64,000 bases of DNA from NCBI GenBank assembly GCA_024704765.1, contig JAKMXF010000348.1, forward strand, positions 65,401 through 129,400. Direction: 5' to 3'. The DNA is from Oopsacas minuta. Taxonomy: Eukaryota; Animalia; Porifera. The position numbers were made by a program, and so were the translations under genes. The notes below the pieces were generated by a model that was given only the letters and a program-made list of their open reading frames with translations, did not search any database and was not told the DNA's origin. Each line of letters opens with the position of its first letter. Within the stretch, counting starts at the first letter, position 1. This document shows positions 1 to 10,599 of the stretch, piece by piece.

Positions 1-442
1 CGGCCACTTGTGCTACCTTGGGAAAAAGGTGGCACAAATTGCACAAATTGAAATTGATCTATAGCTCTGGTAAAAATTGTTCAATCCGATTGGAAATTTC
101 AATTTGGGGTAACTCGCCTACGTGGAATTCAAATATCAAGTCAGAAATTATAGATTCTTAATAGGCTTTGAATTACCACATATTTTGATTATCAATAATT
201 ATCTAATAATTATTAGTAAGTAATAAACACCTTCAAAAATGTACATCGAAAATATTTTTTGAAATTCTTGAAAAACATGTTACTCTATACAAATTACTAG
301 ATAGCAGCTACGAATATAGAGTACAAAATATATAGGAGTGGGAAAGAGTATACAATTTATGACAATATATTTGGTGTTGAAATACTTTTGTCCACTTAGA
401 GTATGTATACAATTGAACTTGAAGGAAGAATCATGTACAGTA

Positions 443-650
443 TCACAATTTCTATTTGCCGATATTTCAAATTGAGTGAAAAAGCTTTGTTCAGTCCAGT
501 ATTGCAGTAAAGATGCGCTGACATTTGAAATTTACTAACAACTCTTTGTATAGTTTAGTTTCACAATTTCTGTGTGCCAAAATTTGAAATTGGCTAATAA
601 ATCTTAGTATAATTCGGTATTTCACTTCCTATGTGCCGAAATTTGACATT
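443..650 (+). repeat. Three imperfect ~30-bp direct repeats (TCACAATTTCTRTKTGCCRAWATTTSAMATT), probably subterminal repeats of an unclassified non-autonomous element
   Basis: Copies start at 443, 561 and 622. Confidence 0.55.
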
Positions 651-1349
651 ACTTAAGTGAAAATCTTTAGGTGATAGGATAACTATAGACCCCATAAGTA
701 CTATAGCCACAAGTAATTCACATATACTGTATCAAAAAGTAAACATATGGACGTATTGCATATGCCCGGGAATGATGGATACTGTTTGAAGGTGTTATAA
801 GAATAGTACCATAAGTATATTACGCAGTCGAGTTACTTCAGAGAAATAGAAGTATACATAAAACTCACCAATTCGTGACACTAATTGAATCCTCAAAAAC
901 CCCGCAAGTGAGCACAGAATGATCAAACATACTTGAAAACATCAACACAAGTATTCTATTTAGAAAAAACTATGGAGCCGTCCAAACGTTACGTAATAGT
1001 TCAAAAGGGGGGCGGTGGTGTAAATACAGTGTGAAATTCTAATCATTTTGTATTACAAAAGGGTCTAAGGTGTGCCACAGTGTTTGAAAGGCGCCCATGA
1101 ATTCTAAACTATACACTGTGGATTAATATGGCAGTTAGTAAAGAATAGCTATTTTGGTATGAGATGGCCATATCAAATGTATTAATTGCATATGGGTTAT
1201 CCATATTTGGCAATCACCTTGAACTTTAAATTTTGTTGTAGGGCTCGTATTTATAGAGTTATGACGCCTTCAAAATTATGACGTCACACTTATGATGGAA
1301 TTTATCTTATTGATTTACAAAATACTACACACTATAGTCATACTTAAGT

Positions 1350-3540
1350 TCATGATAGGCAATTTGTATTGGAGGTTAAATTCGTGAATAAAGTCTGTAT
1401 ACTAGTTTTCTGATTGTTCGCAGCATTGCAGCGTATCGATCTCGTTGTATGTCCAGATTGACCACATCGTTCACAAGTAAAAATTTTTTGATAGCTTACT
1501 AAAGTTGGATCACTTTGAGCGGTTAATCTGACGAAGATATCCAGAATATTGGTCTCAAAACTAGCTTTGGGAGCTAAATTCTCTCGATATTTTCTAACAA
1601 ATTTGTTGCATGATTCCGTGCCTTCTTTGGGAAATCCCTTTAAACCATAGCTAGAATTCGATCATGTATTAACTCCTCGGAATGGGCCAAGAGCTTGTGC
1701 GGGTTGGAGTCATGCTAGCTCAAGTGAATGAATCTAAGATGACAAGGCAGGTATTATTGCACAATAACTCCATTTCCAAAGTGTTAACCTAGTTACTTGA
1801 ATTAAAACCCGAAGAATGGCTGGAAGTTGAGTATGTATCTTTGATAAGATTAGGCGATATTGTATTGCTACAGTTGATAGAATGCATTCAAGGCATTCAG
1901 TTTCATCAGAAAAGGCTCTTCTAGCAACATTCCCTGTTGAGGTGGTTCCACCGCTAGAATTAGGCTGGTCGACATTAAATCCTGTCTTATCCTGAATGCG
2001 TGTTGGAAGGAATATCATTGACTCCTTATTAACTTGAGAAGTTGGGGGCTAGGTAAACTTTTCGATGCGAAGATGATATCCAGAAAATTAAACCACCTAA
2101 AATTGGTTAATTATGTGGAGATAAATTCTGAATGATTAATGGAGTACTAGATTACTTACCTAAATACTACAGTGTATGAATGAAGTGGAAATGTTGGATA
2201 TACTTTAATCTCTGAAATTGGTTGATTACTTAAATTGAAATGTTCATTAGTCGAAAGAGCAAAGAACGATTCAATGTCATCAATGTGCGATAATAGCTCG
2301 ATTGCATCTGTGATATTTCTGTTAATGGAGAACCCTTCAAGAACTAAATTCCGGTCCTTCAAATCTTTATGCGTGGCAGTGCACATCTGACAACTGGCTC
2401 CTCCAGCCCCAGAGAGAATGGCTGCCATCTTCCCATCAAACATTGAGGAGCCAATATTTTCTTCGCATTCTGTCGCAGCGCAGAGAAAAAATAGGTCTTT
2501 GAGAGAAGGGTGAATTTAGGGGATTTATTCTGCCATACAATCCTGTTTGCTACAGTGTGGATAGAGATGGGCTTGAAACAAAACAGAATTAAATTTTGGT
2601 GAAAGTAATAGTTGTCTGCTAGTTGTAGATAGTGTGACAATCAGAACTTTCTAAGCCATCTGCGATTCTAAATGTGAGTGGGAATTCTTCACTCGTAGGG
2701 GGGCGATCTACCATTAACAATATTCTTTCCAAGGTTTTCGGAACTTGAAGAAAATATGGTGAGTGTATACCTATTGGTTTAGCTGGATTAGGATATAAAG
2801 TTATACTGGATCGCGAAATCATGACATCTCTCAGATTAGCTAACTTGCTATAAGATGGGAAATGTATATTGCCAGGTGGAATTGTTTGACGTAGTTGAGT
2901 GTATTTTCGCCTGCCCACTTCAAGTAAATCCAGCAGGATTAAGGCTTTGTTAACTGGAACATGCTTGTTACTGAAGTTACAGAATCCTCCACTGCCAATA
3001 ATCTCTTTGACTAGCTTAGCAACCTGACGATTATTCTCCTTATTTGCCAATAGTTGTAATGAGAGTGCTGCAATGCTTATTTCTGTAAGTATTCTCAATA
3101 ACTGAGAGTGACTTAATGTATTCTAGCAGACTTGGCAATCGAGTACGCTATTGCTGCAGAGAGAGATCATCAAGATTCTTCCTATGTATTATTGAATTAA
3201 TGGGAACTTCACCTTCATCATAAAACGACTCTAGTAAATCAGAACTACGACTTTTCTTTAACTCAGGTTTCATGGAAATGCTAGAATGCCACCATTCTCA
3301 TTCTAAACAATCTAAAGATCTCTTCGCCTTCTTGAATCTGTCCCGAATTCTTAACAGCAAAGTTTCCAAGAGTTTCGTATTATCAGAGTCTATTTCAAAG
3401 TGTTCATTGAAATATTTTGTCGTTTTCAAGACACAATTATTATTGTCTTTCAGGATTCTTACCAATTCGAGGCGGGACTTTGGGAAAGTTAACTCTTGTA
3501 ATTGTTTTCAAGAAATTCCAAAAATATGTTGTACTATTCA
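1350..3540 (-). pseudogene. RAG1-like / Transib-family DDE transposase pseudogene (frameshifts, stops, one intron)
   Basis: Manual minus-strand translation across frameshifts, N to C: NBD-like RKNLDDLSLQQ*RTRL...LLANKENNRQVAKL; RRKYTQLR..FPSYSKL; ADGLESSDCHTIYN (first catalytic D region, reads E at 2649-2651); WQNKSP[fs]NSPFSQRPIF; MFDGKM (D at 2435-2437); CQMC; PLH; GFNVDQPNSSGGTTSTGNVARRAFS; HKLLAH; EGTESCNKFVRKYR (E at 1614-1616); SDP; CERCGQSGH; stop at 1350-1352. Confidence 0.88.
2097..2159 (-). other. 63-nt spliceosomal intron in the RAG1-like gene
   Basis: AG|GTAAGT donor and TTTTAG|G acceptor. Removal (phase 2) reads PLHSYTVVFR-WFNFLDI and bypasses the stop that ends the 2156-2443 ORF. 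Confidence 0.75.
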
Positions 3541-3880
3541 GTAGATTATATATGTAAGTAACTATAATAAATTTTAAGACCAAATTCAATAATATTTCAT
3601 TCCATTGTTACAGTGTGCTACAATGGGTTTCCTAGCAGAAAAATTGTAGTGGAATGTTATTGAAAATTATAGGTTGCGCACTGTTTCGGTCTTGTGGTTT
3701 TAGATTATGTTTGTGAATCGTAATGCGTGTATCCGATTAAGTTTGCGCTGTTGTTTTGTGTTGTGTATTTTTCATGGCAGTTTAAGTATTCCTCTTTGTA
3801 AAATTCTCTACAGCTTTTACTAGATTTTAGAATTTTATGTACACGAAAAATATGCAAGATACAGTAATGGAAAGAAGATA

Positions 3881-5198
3881 CAGGGTGTCTAATAAGTTCT
3901 GTTGTACATTTTGGCGTCTTAGACAGTAGCCATTAATATACTTATGAAGTAACCTTCTAGATTTTCTTGTAGCATTTTTGGCGCTCTTTCGAATTATGCC
4001 AAGTATATATCATTCAAGTTGATGATTTACCAGAAAATCATGTTAGAAGAAATTCGTCCAAAAATTGCCACTTTTCACGAATCTGGGTTTAGCAACAGTG
4101 AAATTCTAAAAAGGCTAAAAAATGATAAAGTTAATCCCATGGTGATCTATCGCACAATACAACGATATATAGAGACTGGAAGCGTGTCTGACAGGAAACG
4201 AGTTGATCGTCCAAGATCCGCTCGCACACCAGCCCTGAAGAATAGTGTTAGATGTCAAATCCTGAGAAATCCCCGGCTTTCAATGCGATAAATGTCTCGT
4301 GAATTCTGTGTCAATCATGAAACGATGCGGAAATTGTTGTAAGGGACCTAGGAATGGAGTCCTATAAGAGGAAAAACGTACACCATCTTAACGACTCCAT
4401 AGGTCGTAAGCGACTCGAAAGATGCATACAACTGAAAGTCGGATTCGCTCCTGGGACTGAAGATCAGATTCTCTTCTCAGATGAGAAGCTGTTCACGGTT
4501 GAGGAGGCAAGCAATCGTCAAAACGAGCGTACACTTGCTTCTCGAAGTCAGGATATCCCAGATTGCATCAAGTAGATGATAGAGTCCAGAAGCCTCTTTC
4601 TCTGTTGGTATGGGTGGGAATATCGGAAGACTCACGGACAAATCTGATTTTTGTCCCCCAAGGAGTGAAAATAAACTCCCAGACGTACAGAGAGCTGGTC
4701 TTGGCTGGTCTTGGAGCCTGAAATTGCGTCTGCTGGTGAGAAGCTCTTTCAAAACCATCCTTGAACTTACCAACAAGACTCTGCACCTGCACATGCTTCA
4801 AAAGTATACAGGGTTGGTTCGGAGAGCAAAATATCGCTTTCATTAGTAAGGATGAATGGCCACCATCAAGCCCAGATTTAAACCCACTCGACTATTCTGT
4901 TTGGGCAAACTTGGAGAGCAGGGCCTGTGCGAAATCTCACAAGAGTTTGGAGTCCCTCAAAGTTAATTTGTTGAGTGAATGGCAGAAAATCCCACAGGAG
5001 GAGCTGCGAAAAGCTGTCCATCAGTTTCGGGGCAGAATAACTTCCGTAAGTCATAAAAAGGGAGGCTATATTGAATAATATTTGCAATGTGTAATTAGGA
5101 ACATAAGTCCTAAGAAAATAGAAGGTTTCATGGCTTTACAATGGATAAATTTGAAATAATTGGCAAATTGATATTAACAGAACTTATTAGACACCCTG
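3881..5198 (+). mobile_element. Tc1/mariner DD37D (maT-type) element, 1318 bp, frameshifted transposase
   Basis: Perfect 23-bp TIR CAGGGTGTCTAATAAGTTCTGTT; TA TSD at 3879-80 and 5199-200; motifs ILFSDEK, QQDSAPAH and WPPSSPDLNPLDY spread over broken ORFs. Confidence 0.95.
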
Positions 5199-5499
5199 TA
5201 CTTAAATTTAGCATTGTCGAAATGTATTAAGTATACCATATTAGTAACATTCGATTATGTAATTGCTCTTATAGGTGGATTTGAAATTGGGGCTAAATTT
5301 AGACATCATGAAGCGTCAATTTTGACTATAGATATTTCGCATCTTTGGTGAAGAAATTATACAACTCCTAGGCTCTCAATCGCTTAGATATTTAAATTGA
5401 GAACCATTCAAACGATATAAAATGGAATATAACCATCAAATACGGTATCAATTTTTTATCTAATCTTTGCTTGTAAACCACTGCAGGAAGATTCTATGA

Positions 5500-6280
5500 A
5501 ATGCTAAGACTAAAGTATACTGATGCTGATTCAATCTTTCAGATTGGAGTTCTTAATACTCCTGAAATTATAGTTCTCACGTCTTCATTAATTGCCTTGG
5601 GAGCAGATGGAGCATCGGTAATGAAGGCGTTTACAGTAAATTGAAAAGAACATTCCCATGGTTAATTTGCATTCACTGCACTACACATCGGCTCAATTTA
5701 ATAGTTCTTACTTACCTGAAAAGTATCAGTGTGGCACAAAGATTGTTTGACGTGTAACAGTCACTTAACAACGTGTTTAATGTTGCCAATAATACGGAAT
5801 TTTCGGAGAAACATAAGAAGTTTATTCTAGTGAACTTATTGTCTCTACTAAAAGTCTTATAGACACAAGGTGGTCTTGTAGATTCTTTTCTTTCGAGACA
5901 ATTTATCGCAAACTGAAAGTAATGTAATGTCTTTCAGAAAGTATCCACAACAAATTCCAGTTATGCAGAAGTGGCCCCAGGACTCTACCATAAAATTCCA
6001 TATTGTCAATTGGTCATTTTCCTCGTTCTTTTGCATGAAGTTCTTGGAAAGATTCAAACTCTCAATTTATGTATGCAGGAAAGAACATAAAATGGATTGC
6101 TCTTGTTTCCGAGATACATGCAATAATACAACAATTAGAAATGATAAATATTTCAGAAATCATTGGAAATTCAAGCATCAAATGCTCAGAATTAGGGATT
6201 ACTATAAATTATGAAGATCCTTTAGTATCATTGAAAAGTAATAATCTTTATGATCCTGAATTATTTTGTCAGGTGCTGAG
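5500..6280 (+). pseudogene. Degenerate hAT transposase fragment (ZNF862/KIAA1586-like)
   Basis: LIALGADGASVMK..VYSKLKRTFPWLICIHCTTHRLNL near 5585-5700 (DGAS and CxxH motifs); many stops. Confidence 0.65.
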
Positions 6281-6345
6281 CAGGGTTGTCCTGCTCTAAT
6301 TATAAGTATGGGAGCGGCATTTCAAATATAAAATTCAATTGAATA

Positions 6346-7656
6346 CAGGGTGACAATTAAGTTCTGATACATAATTCCAATAGATCTGATACGTTTCCAA
6401 TATATTATATTACCATTTCTATCATTTATATTCTAACATATATGTCTTCCTGTTATGCTCAAACAGTAATCTAAATCTATATACGCATAATATCAGAAAT
6501 TTCAACATGGAAGTAAAGAGGTCAAAAATTATCTCATTATTTATGACCGGGAGCACACGGAGCGAGATTTTGAAAAAGCTGAAAAGTGAAAAAATCAACA
6601 GATTATTCATTTATCGTACTATTAAACGATATAACGATACCAAAAGTGTGGAGGACAAGCCTCGTTCTGGCCGACCGACTACAGTTCGTACGAGGGCACT
6701 AAGGGACAAACTCCGCAGTAAAATCCGCCGAAATCCCAGGCGGTCAATCCGGAAGATGGCAAGGGAGTACTCTGTTAATCGCGAAACATTGCGAAAGGTG
6801 ATACATGAGGACCTGGGACTTAAATCACTCAAACGGCAAACAGTTCATCATCTCACTCCCACTCTTCAGGTAAAAAGACTTGAAAGGTGCAAAAGGCTTC
6901 TGCGGCGCCTCGTAAATGAAGATTATGAACAGATATTGTTTTCGGACGAAAAGATTTTCACGGTAGAAGAAGCAACTAACCGTCAAAATGATAGAATTAT
7001 TGCGTCGTCATGCAAAGACATCCCTGAGGGCATTAAATTCATCGATCGAGTGCAAAAACCGCTTTCTGTGATGGTCTGGGCTGGGGTGTCCGCAGATTCT
7101 CGGGCAAAATTGATTTTTCTCCCACAAGGGGTCAAAATTAACTCGCAAACATATAGAGAGTTGATTCTTGAGCCTGTAATCAAATCTGCTGGTTCATCCT
7201 TCTTCAAAAACACACCCTGGATATTCCAGCAGGACTCTGCGCCAGCGCATGCCTCGAAAGCAACTCAATACTGGCTTTTAGGGGAAAATATTGACTTTTT
7301 GTCCAAGGAAGAATGGCCTCCTTCAAGTCCGGATTTGAATCAACTTGACTATTCCGTCTGGGGGACTTTACAGAGCAGAGCCTGCGCTACTCCGCATAGA
7401 AATTTGGAATCTCTGCGGAAGGCTTTGATTACAGAATGGGAGAAAATTCCGCAAGAAGAATTCCGGAAATCTGTCCAACGGTTTCAAGGACGACTTAAAG
7501 CTGTAGTAAAGGCAAAAGGCGGTTATATCGAATAGAATTGGATAGGAAGATTTATTATAATATGCTTTAACTGTCAGTGAAAATTTGGATTGAAAGGATA
7601 ACTAGTTTAGGAAAAACCAGAGTATATTCGTGTATCAGAACTTAATTGTCACCCTG
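6346..7656 (+). mobile_element. Full-length Tc1/mariner DD37D (maT-type) element, 1311 bp
   Basis: TIR CAGGGTGACAATTAAGTTCTGATAC at both ends; TA TSD at 6344-45 and 7657-58; uninterrupted ORF. Confidence 0.97.
6507..7535 (+). CDS. Intact DD37D transposase, 342 aa
   Basis: N-terminal HTH region with GRP motif; ILFSDEK; QQD followed by 37 residues then D (SPDLNQLDY). Confidence 0.95.
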   Translation: MEVKRSKIISLFMTGSTRSEILKKLKSEKINRLFIYRTIKRYNDTKSVEDKPRSGRPTTVRTRALRDKLRSKIRRNPRRSIRKMAREYSVNRETLRKVIHEDLGLKSLKRQTVHHLTPTLQVKRLERCKRLLRRLVNEDYEQILFSDEKIFTVEEATNRQNDRIIASSCKDIPEGIKFIDRVQKPLSVMVWAGVSADSRAKLIFLPQGVKINSQTYRELILEPVIKSAGSSFFKNTPWIFQQDSAPAHASKATQYWLLGENIDFLSKEEWPPSSPDLNQLDYSVWGTLQSRACATPHRNLESLRKALITEWEKIPQEEFRKSVQRFQGRLKAVVKAKGGYIE

Positions 7657-8103
7657 TATATCCTAATTTCTAATACAAAATTCAAACAATATACCGGTAA
7701 TTGAATTAATATGATAAATATGAATAATACCAAAGGTTTAGTAGTAAATCTGAAAATAGAGTGCTAAAAAGTGATTTAGTACCCAAAATTATTTAACCAA
7801 TAATACTTCCAAATTTCTTCTTGTTTACGGGGCTCAGAATATTATATTCTATCATTTTATATATCCTACATTCCAAAACACATTGCTTATAATATAATTA
7901 TTACTTAAAAGAATCATTTGAAATAGATATTTTGTTACGATTAAGGCTAGATTCGGATAAAATAAGTACGTAGTTTAGGTAAAACTTCCCATTGTTTTTC
8001 AAACAAGTACTATTTATTCACGCACTATAAACTAAACATTTGCTCTCTCAACTCGACTTAATTATATTTGGAACAAATTTCAATTTATTTCAAATATTGA
8101 TTA

Positions 8104-10422
8104 CACTGCCCTGCGTCAAATTTGCTGATTATTATCCATGGGTTGTTTTTGTTAACTTGAGTATGCTGATTCTCAATCTGTCATCAGAATTCCCCTATCA
8201 CGTCTCGTTTTTACTCAAATGTCATTTTAATGTAAGTCGATTTTTTAAGTACACTTCCCTAGAATGAATGATTATATTTGATACATGTGTGAATTTTTTG
8301 TCTTTTGAAATAAACAGATGCGTGCTTTATTGCATTTTCTAATTAGTCCCTTTAACTCCATTCTTTTCTACATAATTTGTTTTATTTTTATTTTTGTTAT
8401 ATACAGCTTTATTGTACTATAGTCTACTATTTTGATATTTTATTATCATATGGCTTATCGGAGAAGGTGCAGTAATGATCCAGACGTCTTTTGTTATATT
8501 TGTGGGAGTTTTATGACTTCTAAACAAACTACGGCAATAACAGGATTTGTTAAAAAAGTATATTTAGAATATTTTGGAATGAGATTAGGTGATCAAGACA
8601 AAACATGGGCTCCACATACAGTGTGCCGATCTTGTGTAGAAAATTTGAGACAATGGACAAAAGGAATCAGAAGGAGTTTAAGTTTTGGAATTCCAATGAT
8701 ATGGAGAGGGCCACAAAATCACATTAGCGATTGTTACTTTTGTATGGCGAATATTTCCGGATTCAATGCTAAAACCAAGTCATTGATCAAGTATCCAAAT
8801 TTACATTCAGCAATACGACCCGTTCCCCATTCTATTGATGTACCTGTTCCAAAATTTACTAATTTGGATGTTATCTCGGAAATTGATGATTGTGAAACTA
8901 GAGATTCATTAATTAGAGAAGATGAGGATTTTATTCCGTGTGTATTATCTCGTTCTAATTCTCCACAGTTATTTAATCAGTCTGAATTAAATGATTTGGT
9001 ACGTGATTTAGATTTACCTAAAGAATCTGCGGAGTTGTTAGGTTCTAGGCTAAAAGAAAAAAACTTGCTTCTCCCAGAAACAAAATTTTACTCATATAGG
9101 AACAGAGAGATCGAATTTTTGAAATATTTCATAATGGAAGACGGATTTGTGTTTTGTCATGATGTTTCACCGCTAGTTAATGCTCTTGGATGTCCGTATG
9201 TACCTAATGATTGGAGACAATTTATTGATAGTTCAAAACAAAGTTTGAAATGTGTTCTACTTCATAATGCCAACAAATTTAGTTCCATACCAATTGGACA
9301 TTCAGTAAGTTTAAAGGAACGATATGATAACATGAAAATTGTGCTTCATAAAATTAATTATAACCAGCACAATTGGGTAATCTGTGGTGACTTAAAAATC
9401 ATATGTATTCTTTTGGGACAGCAATCAGGATATACAAAATACCCTTGTTTTTTATGCTTATGGGATAGTCGTGCCAAGAGCGAACACTATTCTAGACAGA
9501 GCTGGCCAGCTAGAACCAATCTTAATGTTGGAGATAAGAACATTATTCACGAGCATCTAGTGGATCCTCTCAAGATTTTGCTTCCACCACTTCATATAAA
9601 ATTAGGATTGATGAAACAGTTTGTAAGGGCATTAGATAAAGAAGGAAATTGTTTCAAATATATTACCGAGAAGTTTTACTACCTAAGTGATGAAAAAAGA
9701 ATTGCCGGTATATTCGACGGTCCTCAGATAAGACAACTTGTTCGAGATGATAATTTTTCAAATTCTATGATATGCAAAGAAAAATGTGCATGGAACGCAT
9801 TTGTAGATGTCATGAAAAAACTTCTTGGGAAAAACGAAATCTCCTAATTATAAAATACTTGTGAATGAGTTGATTGAATCTTACAAGAATCTCGGCTGCA
9901 ATATGAGTGTAAAAGTTCACTTTCTTCACAGTCATATTGACTATTTTCCAGAGAATCTTTGAGCTGTTTCCGAGGAGCAAGGTGAACGATTCCACCAAGA
10001 CATAAAAACAATGGAAACACGATATCAGGGGAGGTGGGACGTTCATATGATGGCTGATTACTGCTGGTGCCTCAAGAGAGATTGTATTGATGTTATTCAT
10101 GCTAGAATGTCAAAAAAACGGAAATGTACTCCTGATTCAGACTAATATATTCAAATTATTTATTAACTAAGATTATATTATCAATAAAAATTTTATTGTA
10201 ATTCTTAGTAAAAATTTATAAATGGCAGATTTTCACTATTTTACTTGTAGAGGTATCATGCATTCATCGATAAATATACCAATATTTTAAAATAATTTTG
10301 CAAAAAAACTAGACGTGATACGTATATTTTACAAAATTATTCAAAATCAGTATTAAAATGTGGATTAGAAAATGTTTGCAATAACAATCAGCAAATAAAA
10401 TTTTTTTTTCCGCAGGGCTGTG
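8104..10422 (+). mobile_element. Chapaev3-type (CMC) DNA transposon, 2319 bp
   Basis: Termini CACTGCCCTGCG and (rc) CACAGCCCTGCG with further ATTTGCTGATT similarity; TTA TSD at 8101-03 and 10423-25. Confidence 0.88.
8450..10145 (+). pseudogene. Chapaev3-type transposase, nearly intact (frameshift near 9830, one stop near 9960)
   Basis: FCYICG, WAPHxVC, DCYFC, GDLK, LPPLHIKLGLMKQFV, GIFDGPQIR, HFLHSH, EQGERFHQDI, MADYCW. Confidence 0.88.
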
Positions 10423-10599
10423 TTATATGCTACTGTAGATATCAGATATACAAATTTTCTAACTTGTGAAGTAATTGGGACTTCACAATTTGATTTGATA
10501 AAAAAAAGTATGGCAGCGGCGCTCCCACCCGCTCCCACAGCAGGACACCACTGGTGCTGAGGGAAAATCAATCAGCAATATTATTAAAGAATTTTGTTC

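Larger units (their letters stand above)
6281..10553. mobile_element. hAT-type MITE (about 640-bp core) carrying a Tc1 and a Chapaev3 insertion
   Basis: Termini CAGGGTTGTCCTGCT and (rc) CAGTGGTGTCCTGCT; perfect 8-bp TSD GTGCTGAG at 6273-6280 and 10554-10561. Confidence 0.85.

Noticed and set aside
972-1015. GGAGCCGTCCAAACGTTACGTAA as a MITE terminus
   Set aside because: No inverted partner found in the window.
1-1349. RAG2-like gene convergent with the RAG1-like ORF
   Set aside because: No plus-strand ORF or kelch-like GG motifs; the region looks like non-coding repeat.
1025-5490. Candidate 5' TIRs for the RAG1-like element (CACTGTT at 3679-3685 paired with 1025; CACTGCA at 5479-5485 paired with 1114)
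   Set aside because: Similarity is weak for AT-rich DNA and neither pairing gives a 5-bp TSD.
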